NCBI GenBank assembly: GCA_958296285.1
Contig: OY282459.1
Span: forward strand, 1,604,999 to 1,668,998
DNA: 64,000 nucleotides
Direction of reading: 5' to 3'
Origin: an uncultured Alphaproteobacteria bacterium
Lineage (GTDB): Bacteria > Pseudomonadota > Alphaproteobacteria > JAPOUT01 > G958296285
The position numbers and the translations under genes are program-made. The notes under the pieces are model-generated. The model searched no databases. It had not been told where the DNA came from and saw only the letters and a program-made list of their open reading frames with translations. Shown here piece after piece: positions 28,833-38,573 of this stretch. The stretch's first letter is position 1. The number at the start of each line of letters is the position of its first letter.

Positions 28833-29487
28833 AACGGGCGGCGTCCAAGCCCATCTGCCAAAACCCAACCTCTAACCGAGTCGCGTCCCCAAAGATTCGC
28901 GCAAGCCTCTCAAACCGCTTCGGCGTCGCCTCTTCAGCAAGAGCATCCAACTGCGCGATCGCCGTCCGTGTCGCCTGCTGAAACCCGTCAGACGCATATT
29001 CCTCAACCCAAGACCGATAAGGATTATTGTCCAAATTGCACTCCGCCGCCAAGCGCTTCCCAATCTCGCCATAACCGACAACGCAAGGCGCGAGCGCCGT
29101 CAGCAAATCCAACAAATCCCCCGCCATGCCGCGCTCCAAAACATAGCGCGTGTAAGCCATGTTCGGACGATCCTCCTGCGCTTTCTCCATCTCGTCCCGC
29201 GAAATCCCCCACTTGGCGCAAAAGCCGACATGAAGCTCCATCTCAGTATCCATGATCATAGAAAGATTGTTCTTGGCGGAGCGCATCATCTCAAGCGAGT
29301 CGGCTTTGTAAATGGCGAGAGCGTAAGCGCGGGAGAAATGAATCAGAAACAAATAATCCTGAACGAGATAATGCCGAAAGGCTTTCTCCGACAGCGATCC
29401 GGCGCCGAGCTCCTCTACGAAGCGATGATGCGTATAGTCATGCCAATCTTTCTGATTGGCGGCTTTGAGTTTCTCAAAAAGACTCAT
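28831..29487 (-). CDS. tenA: TenA/THI-4 family protein (thiaminase II / aminopyrimidine aminohydrolase-like)
   Basis: HRFVEELGAGSL..AFRHYLVQDYLFLIHF ... heme-oxygenase-like TenA fold motifs. Start placed at MSLFEKLK, whose ATG overlaps the sufA stop. Confidence 0.7.
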   Translation of the reverse strand: MSLFEKLKAANQKDWHDYTHHRFVEELGAGSLSEKAFRHYLVQDYLFLIHFSRAYALAIYKADSLEMMRSAKNNLSMIMDTEMELHVGFCAKWGISRDEMEKAQEDRPNMAYTRYVLERGMAGDLLDLLTALAPCVVGYGEIGKRLAAECNLDNNPYRSWVEEYASDGFQQATRTAIAQLDALAEEATPKRFERLARIFGDATRLEVGFWQMGLDAAR

Positions 29488-29846
29488 GCGCCGTCCGCGG
29501 TTTTGAGCATGACGGATTCGCCGCATCCGCAGGCGTCTGTCTCATTGGGGTTCTCAAAGACGAATCCTGATGAGATGGCGTCTTCCTTGTAATCCATGCG
29601 CGTTCCCAAAAGGAACATCAGCGCTTTGGCGTCAATGAGGATTCGGACGCCCTTATCTTCCACGACTTCGTCCAACGGCTCGGGCTTGTCGGCGAAGTTG
29701 AGAGTGTAGGACTGCCCTGCGCAGCCTGCGTTTTTCAAGCCCAAACGGAGCGCGGAGGCATCGCCCTTGCCTTTTGCTCGCGCCAAGAGATCGCGCGCGC
29801 GTTTGGCGGCGTTTTCGGTGAGGGTTATGGCTTTCGGTCGTTCCAT
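29484..29846 (-). CDS. sufA: Fe-S cluster insertion protein (SufA/IscA/ErpA A-type carrier)
   Basis: 120 aa; LRLGLKNAGCAGQSY ... C-terminal CGCGESV three-Cys signature. Confidence 0.85.
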   Translation of the reverse strand: MERPKAITLTENAAKRARDLLARAKGKGDASALRLGLKNAGCAGQSYTLNFADKPEPLDEVVEDKGVRILIDAKALMFLLGTRMDYKEDAISSGFVFENPNETDACGCGESVMLKTADGA

Positions 29847-29861
29847 AAGACAGAGATAGCG

Positions 29862-30200
29862 CTAAAACATGTTGAGCGCAAGACGGGCTTCGTCCGACAT
29901 TCGGCTTGGATCCCATGGGGGGTCAAAGGTCATATTGACGGTGACGTTTCCGACTCCCGGGACGTCTCGGACGGATTCTTCCACCCATTGCGGCATGATT
30001 TCGGCGACAGGACATCCCACGGTCGTCAGCGTCATATCTATGGCGACTTCGCGGAGGTCGGAGATTTCCACCCCATAGATGAGTCCGAGTTCATAGATAT
30101 CCACAGGGATTTCGGGATCATAGACGTTCTTGAGGGCGCTGACGATATTTTTCGTCAGCGCGTCTTTTTCTTTTTTGGTGATGGTTTTGACTTTGGTCAT
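29862..30200 (-). CDS. sufT: SUF system Fe-S assembly protein SufT (DUF59 / MIP18 family)
   Basis: 112 aa; VYDPEIPVDIYELGLIY ... LTTVGCPVAEIM is the DUF59 core with conserved Cys. Confidence 0.8.
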   Translation of the reverse strand: MTKVKTITKKEKDALTKNIVSALKNVYDPEIPVDIYELGLIYGVEISDLREVAIDMTLTTVGCPVAEIMPQWVEESVRDVPGVGNVTVNMTFDPPWDPSRMSDEARLALNMF

Positions 30201-30210
30201 GGCTTGTCTT

Positions 30211-31428
30211 TCAGGCGAAGAATTCTACCGCATATCGGAGGGCTTTGGCTAGGGCTTCCACCTCTTGGTGTCTGTTATAAAGGGCGAAGGATGCGCGGGC
30301 GGTCGCGCCGATTCCGAGATGCTCCATCAGAGGCTGCGCGCAATGATGTCCTGCGCGAAGCGCCACGCCTTTGCGATCGGCGATGGTGGCGAGATCGTGG
30401 GGATGGGCGGTCTCGCCGACAAAGGAGAGAAGGGCTGCGCTTTTCTCGTCTCCCAAGATTCGGATCGCGTTGATTTTGGCGATTTCTTCGCGGGCGTGAT
30501 GGAGGAGTTCCTTTTCATGTTGGGCGATTTTGTCCAAGCCGATTTCCGAGACATACTCCACGGCTTTGGCGAGTCCGACCGCTTCGGTGATGGGGGGCGT
30601 TCCCGCTTCAAAGCGCTGCGGCGGGGGCGCGTAGTTTATCGCGTCTCGCGTGACTGAGGCGATCATCGCGCCTCCGCCCTTGAAGGGGGGCATTTTTTCC
30701 AAATGCGCCTTCTTGCCATAGAGGACGCCGATGCCGTTTGGCCCATAAAGTTTATGCGCTGAGAAGGCGAAGAAATCGCAATCCATGTCGCGCATGTCGC
30801 TTTTCTGATGGACGGCGCTTTGGCATCCGTCCAAGACGACAGCGGCGTCTTTCTGATGGGCGATTTTTATCATCTCTTTAAGGGGAGGCGAGACGCCCAG
30901 CACATTGGACATGGCGGTCATGGCGACAAGTTTCGTCCGTTTGGAGAAGAGTTTTTCGTAATCCTTCAATGAGACATGCCCGGCGGGGTCGCATTCCAGC
31001 CACTTCAAGACGACTCCCTTCTCTTTGCGGAGCATGTGCCAAGGGACGATATTGGAATGATGCTCAAGGAGGGAGAGGATGATCTCGTCCCCTTCCGCCA
31101 TGATCGGAGCGGCGAAGCTTCGGGCGACAAGATTGAGAGCCTCCGTTCCGCCGCTTGTGAAGACGATCTCTTCCTCATGCTCGGCGTTGAGGAAAGATTG
31201 GACGACCGCCCTAGCTTTTTCGTAGGCGCGCGTGGCTTCATCGGAGAGGGCGTGGATTCCGCGATGGACATTGGCGTAATGGCTCTCGCGCATTGCCGTC
31301 ATGGCATGGAGAACCTGTTTGGGCGCTTGGGCGGAGGCGGCGCTGTCCAAATAGACGATGGGCTGTCCGTGGATTTCGCGGGCGAGGAAGGGGAAATCGG
31401 CGCGATATTTCTCAAGCGGCGGGGTCAT
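30211..31428 (-). CDS. sufS: Cysteine desulfurase SufS (group II)
   Basis: 405 aa; HKLYGPNGIGVLYGK (PLP-Lys) and RAGHHCAQP (active-site Cys loop of SufS/CsdA type). Confidence 0.9.
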   Translation of the reverse strand: MTPPLEKYRADFPFLAREIHGQPIVYLDSAASAQAPKQVLHAMTAMRESHYANVHRGIHALSDEATRAYEKARAVVQSFLNAEHEEEIVFTSGGTEALNLVARSFAAPIMAEGDEIILSLLEHHSNIVPWHMLRKEKGVVLKWLECDPAGHVSLKDYEKLFSKRTKLVAMTAMSNVLGVSPPLKEMIKIAHQKDAAVVLDGCQSAVHQKSDMRDMDCDFFAFSAHKLYGPNGIGVLYGKKAHLEKMPPFKGGGAMIASVTRDAINYAPPPQRFEAGTPPITEAVGLAKAVEYVSEIGLDKIAQHEKELLHHAREEIAKINAIRILGDEKSAALLSFVGETAHPHDLATIADRKGVALRAGHHCAQPLMEHLGIGATARASFALYNRHQEVEALAKALRYAVEFFA

Positions 31429-32686
31429 GTTTTTCGCTTTTTTCGCTTTTTTCGCTTTTCAGCAGTTTTTTGAGGGAGAGACGTGCGGCGTCCATCGCAT
31501 GGTTCATGTTGGGGAGAGAGGGGAGATGGTCTTGGATGAAGGCTTCCAAGAGCATGGATTTGGCGATTTTTTCGGAGAGTCCGCGCTGTCGGAGATAGAA
31601 GAGGGCGTTGTCGTCCATCTCGCCGACCGCCGATCCATGGGCGCATTTGACGTCGTCGGCATAGATGGCGAGTTCGGGCTTGGCGCGCATATGGGCGTTG
31701 GGCGAGAGGAGACAAGCGCGCGAGTTCTGTCGCGCGTCTGATTGGTTGGCGCGATGGGCGATATGGGTCGCCGCCTGAAAGACGCCCCTCGCGCGGCCTC
31801 CGAGGATCGCCCGCGCCGAGAGAAAGCTTCTCGCCCCCCCGCTCTTGTGAAAGACGCGGGCGGCGATATCGGCGTGGCGCGAATCTCCCGCCAAGATGAG
31901 AGCGGCGAGATGGGCGTCGGCGTTTTTTCCGTTGAGGCTGCAATCCCATTCCATGCGGGCGAGTTTCGCGCCTTCGGCGATGATGGCGGTCTGACAGCGC
32001 GCCTCTTTTTGAAGCGCGATCCGCGCGGCGCTGGCATGGATGAAAGAGTGTCGCGCCTCTTGGATGATCAGATGATGGAGCGCCGCGCCGGCGTCAAGAT
32101 GAATCTGTCGGACGAGATTGAGAAACCCCCCTCCCTCTCCCGCCGGATGCGTTTCCATGAGAGAAAGTTTCGCGCCTTTTTCCAAAAGGACAATGAGGCG
32201 GGGATAGGCGGCATGGTTTTGGGAAGCGGCAAAGATGAAGCGGATCGGCGAGGCGATGCGGGCGCGCGCCCGAACCCTGATCGCGATCCCTTCTTGCGTG
32301 AGGGCGCGGTTGAGCGAGGGAAGCGCGGCGCTCTCCTCTTCTTGGAGAAAATCCGCCGCCCATGACGGCAGAGACGCGCCGGACAGAGGGGCAATCTCAA
32401 GCCCTGTCTCTTTCGGGAGATTTTTGGGCGGCGTCATCAGGAAGCCGTCTTTGATGAGGATGTCCGCGGCGTCTCGCTCCGCGTCTTTCGGGCGTTTGGG
32501 GAGCGCGGATGGCTGACGCGCAAGCGCCGCGGCGATGTCTGTGTAAGTCCAGCCTTCCAAGCGCCGATGTGGCAGCCCTTCGCGCAAGACTCTTTGGCGG
32601 CATTGATCGCGGATCGCCTTGTCGCCGTGAAGTTTTGTCCAAGAGGGGAGATTATCGGGGAAAAGATTTTCGGGGTTAGGCGGCAT
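31412..32686 (-). CDS. sufD: Fe-S cluster assembly protein SufD, with C-terminal (SEK)3 tail
   Basis: SufB/D family body. Start placed at MPPNPENLF (32686) because the tracked N-terminal 55 codons overlap sufC by 175 nt. C-terminus ends ...[16 protein letters not shown], encoded by (GCGAAAAAA)3. Confidence 0.8.
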   Translation of the reverse strand: MPPNPENLFPDNLPSWTKLHGDKAIRDQCRQRVLREGLPHRRLEGWTYTDIAAALARQPSALPKRPKDAERDAADILIKDGFLMTPPKNLPKETGLEIAPLSGASLPSWAADFLQEEESAALPSLNRALTQEGIAIRVRARARIASPIRFIFAASQNHAAYPRLIVLLEKGAKLSLMETHPAGEGGGFLNLVRQIHLDAGAALHHLIIQEARHSFIHASAARIALQKEARCQTAIIAEGAKLARMEWDCSLNGKNADAHLAALILAGDSRHADIAARVFHKSGGARSFLSARAILGGRARGVFQAATHIAHRANQSDARQNSRACLLSPNAHMRAKPELAIYADDVKCAHGSAVGEMDDNALFYLRQRGLSEKIAKSMLLEAFIQDHLPSLPNMNHAMDAARLSLKKLLKSEKSEKSEKHDPAA

Positions 32687-33419
32687 AGCCTTCTCTTTCC
32701 ACGATTTCGGCGAGTTCGGCGCCGCCTCTGCGGGCGATTTTTCCGTCTCGCAAGAGATGGACTTTGTCAAGGGCGAGATGCTCAAGGAGTCTTCGGTAAT
32801 GGGTGATGAGGAGCGCCGCCATGCCGTCCTCGCGGAGGGCATTGACGGCATGGCCGAGCAGTTTTAAGGCGTCAATATCCAGCCCTGAGTCTATTTCGTC
32901 CAAAATGGCGAGACGGGGTTTGAGGATCGTCATTTGGAGGATTTCCAGTCTTTTCTTCTCTCCGCCGGAGAATCCGTCATTGACGTTTCGGCGGAGGAGT
33001 TCCTCCGAGATTCCGAGCCTCTCCGCCGCGCCGCGACAGAGTCGGAGGAAATCGGCGGGACTGATCTCCTCCTCGCCGCGCGCTTGGCGTTTGGCGTTGA
33101 GGGCTGCGCGGAGGAAGGGCATGACGCCCAAGCCCGGAATATCCACCGGCTGCTGAAAGCCCAAGAAGAGTCCGAGCCTCGCGCGCTCTTCGGGGGCAAG
33201 GGCGGAGAGGTCGCGCTTCTGAAAGCGCATTTCTCCCTTGCGAGGCTCATAGCCCTCGCGCCCTGCGAGGGCGAAAGCGAGGGTGCTTTTGCCCGATCCG
33301 TTCGGTCCCATCAGGGCATGGATTTCGCCGTCATTGATGGCGAGATGAAGCCCATTGAGGATGGGCTTTCCTTCCACGGCGACATGGAGATTGTCCAGCG
33401 TTAGGAGCGGGGTCGTCAT
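32676..33419 (-). CDS. sufC: Fe-S cluster assembly ATPase SufC
   Basis: Walker A GPNGSGKSTL, ABC signature, Walker B LAILDEIDSGLD. Confidence 0.92.
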   Translation of the reverse strand: MTTPLLTLDNLHVAVEGKPILNGLHLAINDGEIHALMGPNGSGKSTLAFALAGREGYEPRKGEMRFQKRDLSALAPEERARLGLFLGFQQPVDIPGLGVMPFLRAALNAKRQARGEEEISPADFLRLCRGAAERLGISEELLRRNVNDGFSGGEKKRLEILQMTILKPRLAILDEIDSGLDIDALKLLGHAVNALREDGMAALLITHYRRLLEHLALDKVHLLRDGKIARRGGAELAEIVEREGYAA

Positions 33420-33429
33420 GGTTCTGTCT

Positions 33430-34899
33430 CTAGCCGACGCTCCCTTCCAGGCTCAAGCCGAGAAGATTTTGGGCTTCGGCGGCGAATTCCATTGGGAGTT
33501 TCTGCAGCACTTCGCGGCAGAATCCATTGACGATGAGGGCGATGGCGTCGTCTTCCGAGAGTCCTCGCTGACGGCAATAGAAGAGTCGGTCTTCGGAGAT
33601 TCGGGCCGTTGTGGCTTCATGCTCCAGCTGGCATGAGGGATTTCCCGCGTCAATATAGGGGATCGTATGGGCGGATGCGTCTGGCCCCAAGAGGAGAGAA
33701 TCGCATTGGGTGAAGTTCCGCGCCTTCTCGGCTTTGGGATGAACGCGGACGAGTCCGCGATAGGCGTTGGAGGATTGCCCTGCCGATATGCCTTTGGAGA
33801 TGATTCGGCTTTTGGTATTTTTTCCGAGATGGATCATTTTCGTCCCTGAATCCACCTGCTGTTTGTTGTTGGAGATGGCGACCGAATAGAAGGCGCCCGA
33901 ACTTCCGTCTCCGCGCAAGACGCAGCTTGGATATTTCCAAGTGATGGCGGAGCCTGTCTCAATCTGCGTCCAAGAGATATGGGCGTTTTTCTCGCGGCAG
34001 TCGCCGCGTTTGGTGACGAAATTATAGACTCCGCCCTTTCCGTCTCTGTCTCCCGGATACCAGTTTTGGACGGTGGAGTATTTGATTTCGGCGTCTTGGA
34101 GAGCGACAAGTTCCACGACCGCGGCGTGCAGTTGATTCTCTTCGCGCGTTGGCGCGGTGCAGCCTTCCAGATAGCTGACATAAGAGCCTTTGTCGGCGAT
34201 GACGAGGGTTCTCTCAAACTGTCCTGTCTTCGCTTCGTTGATTCGGAAATAGGTTGAGAGTTCCATCGGGCATCGGACATTGGGGGGGATATAGGCGAAA
34301 GATCCGTCTGAGAAGACGGCGGCGTTGAGGGCGGCGAAATAATTGTCGCCTTGCGGGACGACGCTTCCCAGATAGGCGCGGACGATCTCCGGATGCTCGC
34401 GGACGGCTTCCGAGAAGGAGCAGAAGAGGATTCCTTTTTCGGCGAGGGCGTCTTTGAATGTCGTGGCGACAGAGACGGAGTCAAAGACGGCATCCACAGC
34501 GACATTGGACGAGACGACTCCGGCGAGGCGCTCGCGCTCCATCAAAGGGACGCCCAGTTTCTCATAAGCGCGGAGGAGTTCGGGATCCACCTCATCCAGA
34601 CTTTTCGGCGCGTTTTGGGATTTTGGCGCGGCGTAATAATGCAGCTCCTGATAGTCAATCGGGGGATGAGAGATTTTTGCCCAAGATGGCGGCGTCATGG
34701 TCTTCCATCGGGCATAGGCTTTAAGGCGCCACTCCAAGAGCCATTTGGGTTCGCGCTTTTTGGCGGAGATGAGACGGACGATTTCCTCGCTCAAGCCCTT
34801 GGGGGCTTTATCCACCTCTAGTTGGGTTATGAAGCCGTATTTGTAGTTTTCCCCGAGGGCTTCGGCGGTTTCGCGCGTTTGGGCTTCTATGCGGCTCAT
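33430..34899 (-). CDS. sufB: Fe-S cluster assembly protein SufB
   Basis: SufB-family body (..YGFITQLE.., ..[18 protein letters not shown]..). Start placed at MSRIEAQT (34899), which gives an ATGA overlap with the upstream desulfurase stop. The tracked 60-codon N-terminal extension is Arg-rich junk. Confidence 0.88.
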   Translation of the reverse strand: MSRIEAQTRETAEALGENYKYGFITQLEVDKAPKGLSEEIVRLISAKKREPKWLLEWRLKAYARWKTMTPPSWAKISHPPIDYQELHYYAAPKSQNAPKSLDEVDPELLRAYEKLGVPLMERERLAGVVSSNVAVDAVFDSVSVATTFKDALAEKGILFCSFSEAVREHPEIVRAYLGSVVPQGDNYFAALNAAVFSDGSFAYIPPNVRCPMELSTYFRINEAKTGQFERTLVIADKGSYVSYLEGCTAPTREENQLHAAVVELVALQDAEIKYSTVQNWYPGDRDGKGGVYNFVTKRGDCREKNAHISWTQIETGSAITWKYPSCVLRGDGSSGAFYSVAISNNKQQVDSGTKMIHLGKNTKSRIISKGISAGQSSNAYRGLVRVHPKAEKARNFTQCDSLLLGPDASAHTIPYIDAGNPSCQLEHEATTARISEDRLFYCRQRGLSEDDAIALIVNGFCREVLQKLPMEFAAEAQNLLGLSLEGSVG

Positions 34900-36023
34900 T
34901 CTGCGGCCTCGCGTCTGTTTTCGTGATGGAGGATTTTTCGGATCGCCTCGCCGAACCGTTCCACATCCTCTTCTGACGAGTTCCAGCCGAGACTTGCGCG
35001 AAGCGCCGAAGCGGCGATGCGAGGGGGAGCGCCCATCGCCGCCAAGACATGAGAGGGGGCGATTTTCCCGCTTGAGCAAGCCGATCCTGCCGATAAGCGG
35101 ACCTCTTCCAAATCAAAGCGGATAAGCGAAGCCTGCGCCGTGATGGAAGGGAGGGCGAAGGCGGATGTGTTCGGCAGACGCGGCGCGTTTTCTGAAAAAA
35201 TGACGGCATTGGGGTCGGCGTTTTTGATGATCTCTTCCATGCGGTCGCGGAGAGATTGGATGCGCGTCTGATCTTTGAGGTCGGCGGCGCTTTCGGCGGC
35301 TGCGCCGAATCCCGCGATTCCGCCGAGATTTTCCGTTCCGGCGCGCAAAGACCGCTCCTGTCCGCCGCCATGAAGCAGGGGTTTGAGCGGCAAGTCTCGC
35401 GCCAAGACAAGAGCGCCGATGCCCGAAGGCGCGCCGATCTTATGCCCTGACAAGGAGACGGCGTCCGCGCCGAGCGATTGGATATCCATGGGGATTCGGT
35501 CGGCGGCTTGGGCTGCGTCCGTATGAAAGATGCCGCCCGCCTCGCGGACGATTTGGGCGATCTGACGGACAGGCTGCAATGCGCCGGTCTCATTATTGGC
35601 GAGCATGACGGAGACGAAACAAGGCGCGTCTTTTTGGGCGAGCGTGGCTTGAAGAGGTTCTGCCGAGACGATTCCGTTTTTGTCGGGGGCGACAGTGAGA
35701 ATCTCCAGCCCTGACATTTGGGCGGCTTTGAGGAGAGACGGATGCTCTATTTCCGAAACAATCGCCGTTTTGGCGGCGGCGGCGTGAGCAAGACCGAAAG
35801 CGAGATGATTCGCTTCCGTCCCGCCGCTCGTGAAAATGACATGTTCCGCATCGGCATGGAGGAGGGCGGCGATTTTGTCGCGGGCTTCTTCTATGATTTC
35901 GCGCGCCCTGCGCCCTGCTTCATGGGGGGATGAGGGATTTCCGCCGTGGCTGATGGCGGTTTGGGCTGCGCGGAGGGCTTCGGGGCGTATTGGCGCGCCG
36001 GCGTTGTAGTCCAGATAGGTCAT
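34896..36023 (-). CDS. Cysteine desulfurase, NifS/IscS-like (group I aminotransferase class V)
   Basis: 375 aa; [12 protein letters not shown] ... [17 protein letters not shown] (PLP-Lys) ... SAGSACSSG (catalytic Cys loop). Confidence 0.85.
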   Translation of the reverse strand: MTYLDYNAGAPIRPEALRAAQTAISHGGNPSSPHEAGRRAREIIEEARDKIAALLHADAEHVIFTSGGTEANHLAFGLAHAAAAKTAIVSEIEHPSLLKAAQMSGLEILTVAPDKNGIVSAEPLQATLAQKDAPCFVSVMLANNETGALQPVRQIAQIVREAGGIFHTDAAQAADRIPMDIQSLGADAVSLSGHKIGAPSGIGALVLARDLPLKPLLHGGGQERSLRAGTENLGGIAGFGAAAESAADLKDQTRIQSLRDRMEEIIKNADPNAVIFSENAPRLPNTSAFALPSITAQASLIRFDLEEVRLSAGSACSSGKIAPSHVLAAMGAPPRIAASALRASLGWNSSEEDVERFGEAIRKILHHENRREAAE

Positions 36024-36439
36024 GCGGATCGCCTTTCCGAGACAAGATCGCTGAGGCGTCTATTTTTGAGATAATCCAGAATATGCCGTCCCAGCCCTGC
36101 CCAGAGATGATGGGCGGCGCAGCGATCTTCTCTGCCCATGCAGGCGAGAATGCCGTCTTCGCGGCAGGCGGTTGTCTTGAAGCGCTCGCCTGCCGAGAGG
36201 ACGATTTCGGAGATTCGTATGTCATTGGGGAGTCGGGTCAGACGGTATCCTCCGCGCGCGCCTCGGACGCTTTCAATGAGTCCGGCCTGTCTGAGTCGGA
36301 CGAAAATCTGTTCCAGATAGGCGAGCGGGATTTGCTGTCGCTGGGCGATTCCTGCGATAGAGATCGGGGCGTGATCGGCGCGTTTCGCGAGATCGGTCAT
36401 AGCGAGAACGGCGTAATGTCCGCGTGTTCCTAGTCTCAT
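36020..36439 (-). CDS. Rrf2-family transcriptional regulator (IscR/SufR-like) heading the suf operon
   Basis: MRLGTRGHYAVLAMTDLA wHTH N-terminus; cluster-ligand Cys triplet ACREDGILACMGREDRCAAH. Start at the internal ATG (36439), because the tracked upstream 22 codons read through the operator palindrome. Confidence 0.8.
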   Translation of the reverse strand: MRLGTRGHYAVLAMTDLAKRADHAPISIAGIAQRQQIPLAYLEQIFVRLRQAGLIESVRGARGGYRLTRLPNDIRISEIVLSAGERFKTTACREDGILACMGREDRCAAHHLWAGLGRHILDYLKNRRLSDLVSERRSA

Positions 36440-36488
36440 AGTTTTCCGCCTTTTTGTGCTATAGTGATGTGGGATATTTCTAGGATAG

Positions 36489-36505
36489 TTGACTTTTTTA
36501 GTCAA
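36489..36505. promoter_or_regulatory. Perfect palindrome TTGACTTTTTTAGTCAA, ~50-65 bp upstream of the Rrf2 start; candidate Rrf2/IscR operator in the suf promoter
   Basis: Exact inverted repeat TTGACT-N5-AGTCAA read directly in the 36440-36568 intergenic region, between divergent genes. Confidence 0.4.
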
Positions 36506-36568
36506 GTTTTAGGGGGGCGCGGGACAGCGCGATCATCTATTGTCAAGGGAGGCTAGCGCGATTGGGAC

Positions 36569-37273
36569 ATGGCGGATGTAATTTTTAATGGTCCTGCGGG
36601 GCGTTTAGAGGGCGATTATCATCATCCTTCGGATGGCGATGGTCGTCTTTATGAGGGTCGGAGCGCGTCTGGCCCTCCGATCGGGTTGGTTTTGCATGCG
36701 CATCCGCGGTCAGGCGGCACGATGCGCGCGCCGTTGGTGGAGGGTCTTTTTCAATCATTAGCGCGGATGGGTTTCGCGGTTTTGCGATTTAATTTTCGGG
36801 GGGTTGGTCGGAGCGAGGGTGTTTTTGACAATGGCTCTGGGGAGTTGTCGGATGCGGCGGCGGCGTTGGACTGGCTTCAATCCTACCATGCGAATCCTTT
36901 GCAATGCTGTGTTTTGGGGCATTCTTTCGGGGCGTGGATTGGGATGCAGTTGCTGATGCGGCGTCCTGAGGTGAATGCTTTTGTCTCGGTTTCGCTTCCT
37001 GCGAATCTCTATGATTTTAGTTTTTTAGCGCCCTGCCCTGCTGCTGGACTTGTTCTGCATGGCGATGAGGACAAGGTTGCGGATCTTCGTTCTGTTCGTT
37101 CTCTTGTGGAGCATCTGAAGAGTCAGAAGGTTGTGGAGATACGTCAGAAGGTGATTGCGGGGGGCGATCATAATTTTGATGATCGGGTTGATGAGATTAC
37201 GCGGGAGGCTCGGGCTTATCTGCATGAGCGTTTAGAGAAGTCTCGGGAGAAGCGCGGCGGTGGTCTTCCTTGA
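36569..37273 (+). CDS. Alpha/beta-fold hydrolase
   Basis: 234 aa; nucleophile elbow GHSFGA, catalytic Asp/His context HGDEDKV ... GGDHNF. Confidence 0.7.
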   Translation: MADVIFNGPAGRLEGDYHHPSDGDGRLYEGRSASGPPIGLVLHAHPRSGGTMRAPLVEGLFQSLARMGFAVLRFNFRGVGRSEGVFDNGSGELSDAAAALDWLQSYHANPLQCCVLGHSFGAWIGMQLLMRRPEVNAFVSVSLPANLYDFSFLAPCPAAGLVLHGDEDKVADLRSVRSLVEHLKSQKVVEIRQKVIAGGDHNFDDRVDEITREARAYLHERLEKSREKRGGGLP

Positions 37274-37305
37274 GGCGGATGGATTTGGGTTTTATGGGTT
37301 AGGGT

Positions 37306-38400
37306 TTATTGGGGTTTGTAGAGTTTTCCGCCTGTGAGTGGTTTGGGCGCGCCTGTTGTTGAGGGGAGGGAGATTGGGAGATTGGCGAGGCTTCTTGCGG
37401 CGAGATAGGCGAAGGCTTGGGCTTCCATCATATCGCCGTTCCATCCGATTTCTTCGGCGGTTTTGAGTGGTTTGGCGAGGGTATTTTGGAGGATTTTGAT
37501 GAGGGATGGATTATGTCGTCCGCCGCCTGTGATGATCCATTGTTTTGGCTCAACGGGGAGATAGTTTTGGGCTGCGGCGATAGTTTTGGCGGTGAGGAGG
37601 GTTAGTGTGGCGGCGCCGTTTTCGGGGGAGAGGTTTTGGACGGGCGTTAGGGAGAAAGTGTTTCTGTCCAGGGATTTTGGGGGAGTTTTTTGGAAATAGG
37701 GATTTTGGAGATATTCCGTGACGGTTTTTTCTTTTGCTTCGCCTATGGCGGCGAGTTTTCCGTTTTGGTCAAGAGGTTTTCCTGTGTGTTGGAGGCACCA
37801 ATCGTTGAGGAGGGCGTTTCCTGGCCCTGTGTCAAAGGCGAGGATTTTGTTTTTGTGGATGTAGGTGATATTGGCGACTCCGCCGATATTGATGATGGCG
37901 CATGGTTCGGCGATTTTGTCTCGTTTGACGAGGGCGTTATGGTAGAGGGGTGCGAGGGGCGCGCCTTCGCCGCCGTGTTTGATGTCGTTTTGTCGGAAGT
38001 CTGCGATGACGTTGATTTTTGTGAGGTTGGCGAGATGTTGAGGGTTTCCGATTTGGGTTGTTTGTTGGGATTGGGGGTTGTGGTGGATTGTTTGTCCGTG
38101 GAATCCGATAAGGATGGGTTTTATTTTTTGGTTTTTGAGGATTTTTTTGATGGTTTTGGCGTGTCGTTTTGTGATGGTTTTTTCTGCGTGGTCGAGGAGT
38201 TTTGGATTGTGTTGTGGGGTTGTTTTGATGAGTTTGTGGAGAGTTTTGCGTGTGGTTTTGCTGTATGGGAGGAAGAGGGTTTTGCCGGGGTTTGCGATGG
38301 TTGTTCCGTTGGTTTGGAGGATAGCGGCGTCTATGCCGTCTAGGGATGTACCGGACATCAATCCGAGGACGTTGATGTTTTGGGGTTTGGGATTAGTCAT
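37306..38400 (-). CDS. anmK: Anhydro-N-acetylmuramic acid kinase
   Basis: 364 aa; VLGLMSGTSLDGIDAAIL N-terminal ASKHA-fold motif and overall AnmK length/architecture. Confidence 0.9.
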   Translation of the reverse strand: MTNPKPQNINVLGLMSGTSLDGIDAAILQTNGTTIANPGKTLFLPYSKTTRKTLHKLIKTTPQHNPKLLDHAEKTITKRHAKTIKKILKNQKIKPILIGFHGQTIHHNPQSQQTTQIGNPQHLANLTKINVIADFRQNDIKHGGEGAPLAPLYHNALVKRDKIAEPCAIINIGGVANITYIHKNKILAFDTGPGNALLNDWCLQHTGKPLDQNGKLAAIGEAKEKTVTEYLQNPYFQKTPPKSLDRNTFSLTPVQNLSPENGAATLTLLTAKTIAAAQNYLPVEPKQWIITGGGRHNPSLIKILQNTLAKPLKTAEEIGWNGDMMEAQAFAYLAARSLANLPISLPSTTGAPKPLTGGKLYKPQ

Positions 38401-38413
38401 GTTGTCTCCAAAA

Positions 38414-38553
38414 GAGGGGGGTCAAGGGGGGCTAGCCCCCCTTGAAAAAAGGGGGTTCGGGGGAAACCCCCGAAAGGTCGGCGGGCGTGGCGCAACGAAG
38501 CAGGCGTAGCCCGAAGGGCAAGCCTGCGAGAAGCCCGCCGACCCCCCTGCCGG
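38414..38553. repeat. Composite REP/MITE-like element, copy R4
   Basis: CAAGGGGGGCTAGCCCCCCTTG palindrome; TTCGGGGGAAACCCCCGAA hairpin; GTCGGCGGGCGTGGCGCAACGAAGC...GCCCGCCGACCCCCC arms. Confidence 0.7.
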
Positions 38554-38573
38554 CATAGCTTGATGCTCGGGCT

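Noticed and set aside
31293-31741. Plus ORFs 31293-31598 and 31358-31741 with FFAFFAFFAF / LFSLFSLFS peptides
   Set aside because: They are the reverse-strand reading of the (GCGAAAAAA)3 microsatellite at the sufD/sufS junction, not genes.
32687-32851. N-terminal 55 codons of the tracked sufD ORF, the 60-codon extension of sufB (34900-35079), and the 22-codon extension of rrf2 (36440-36505)
   Set aside because: Each overlaps the upstream gene by 66-180 nt or reads through the operator palindrome. Internal Met starts give canonical lengths and ATGA-type junctions.
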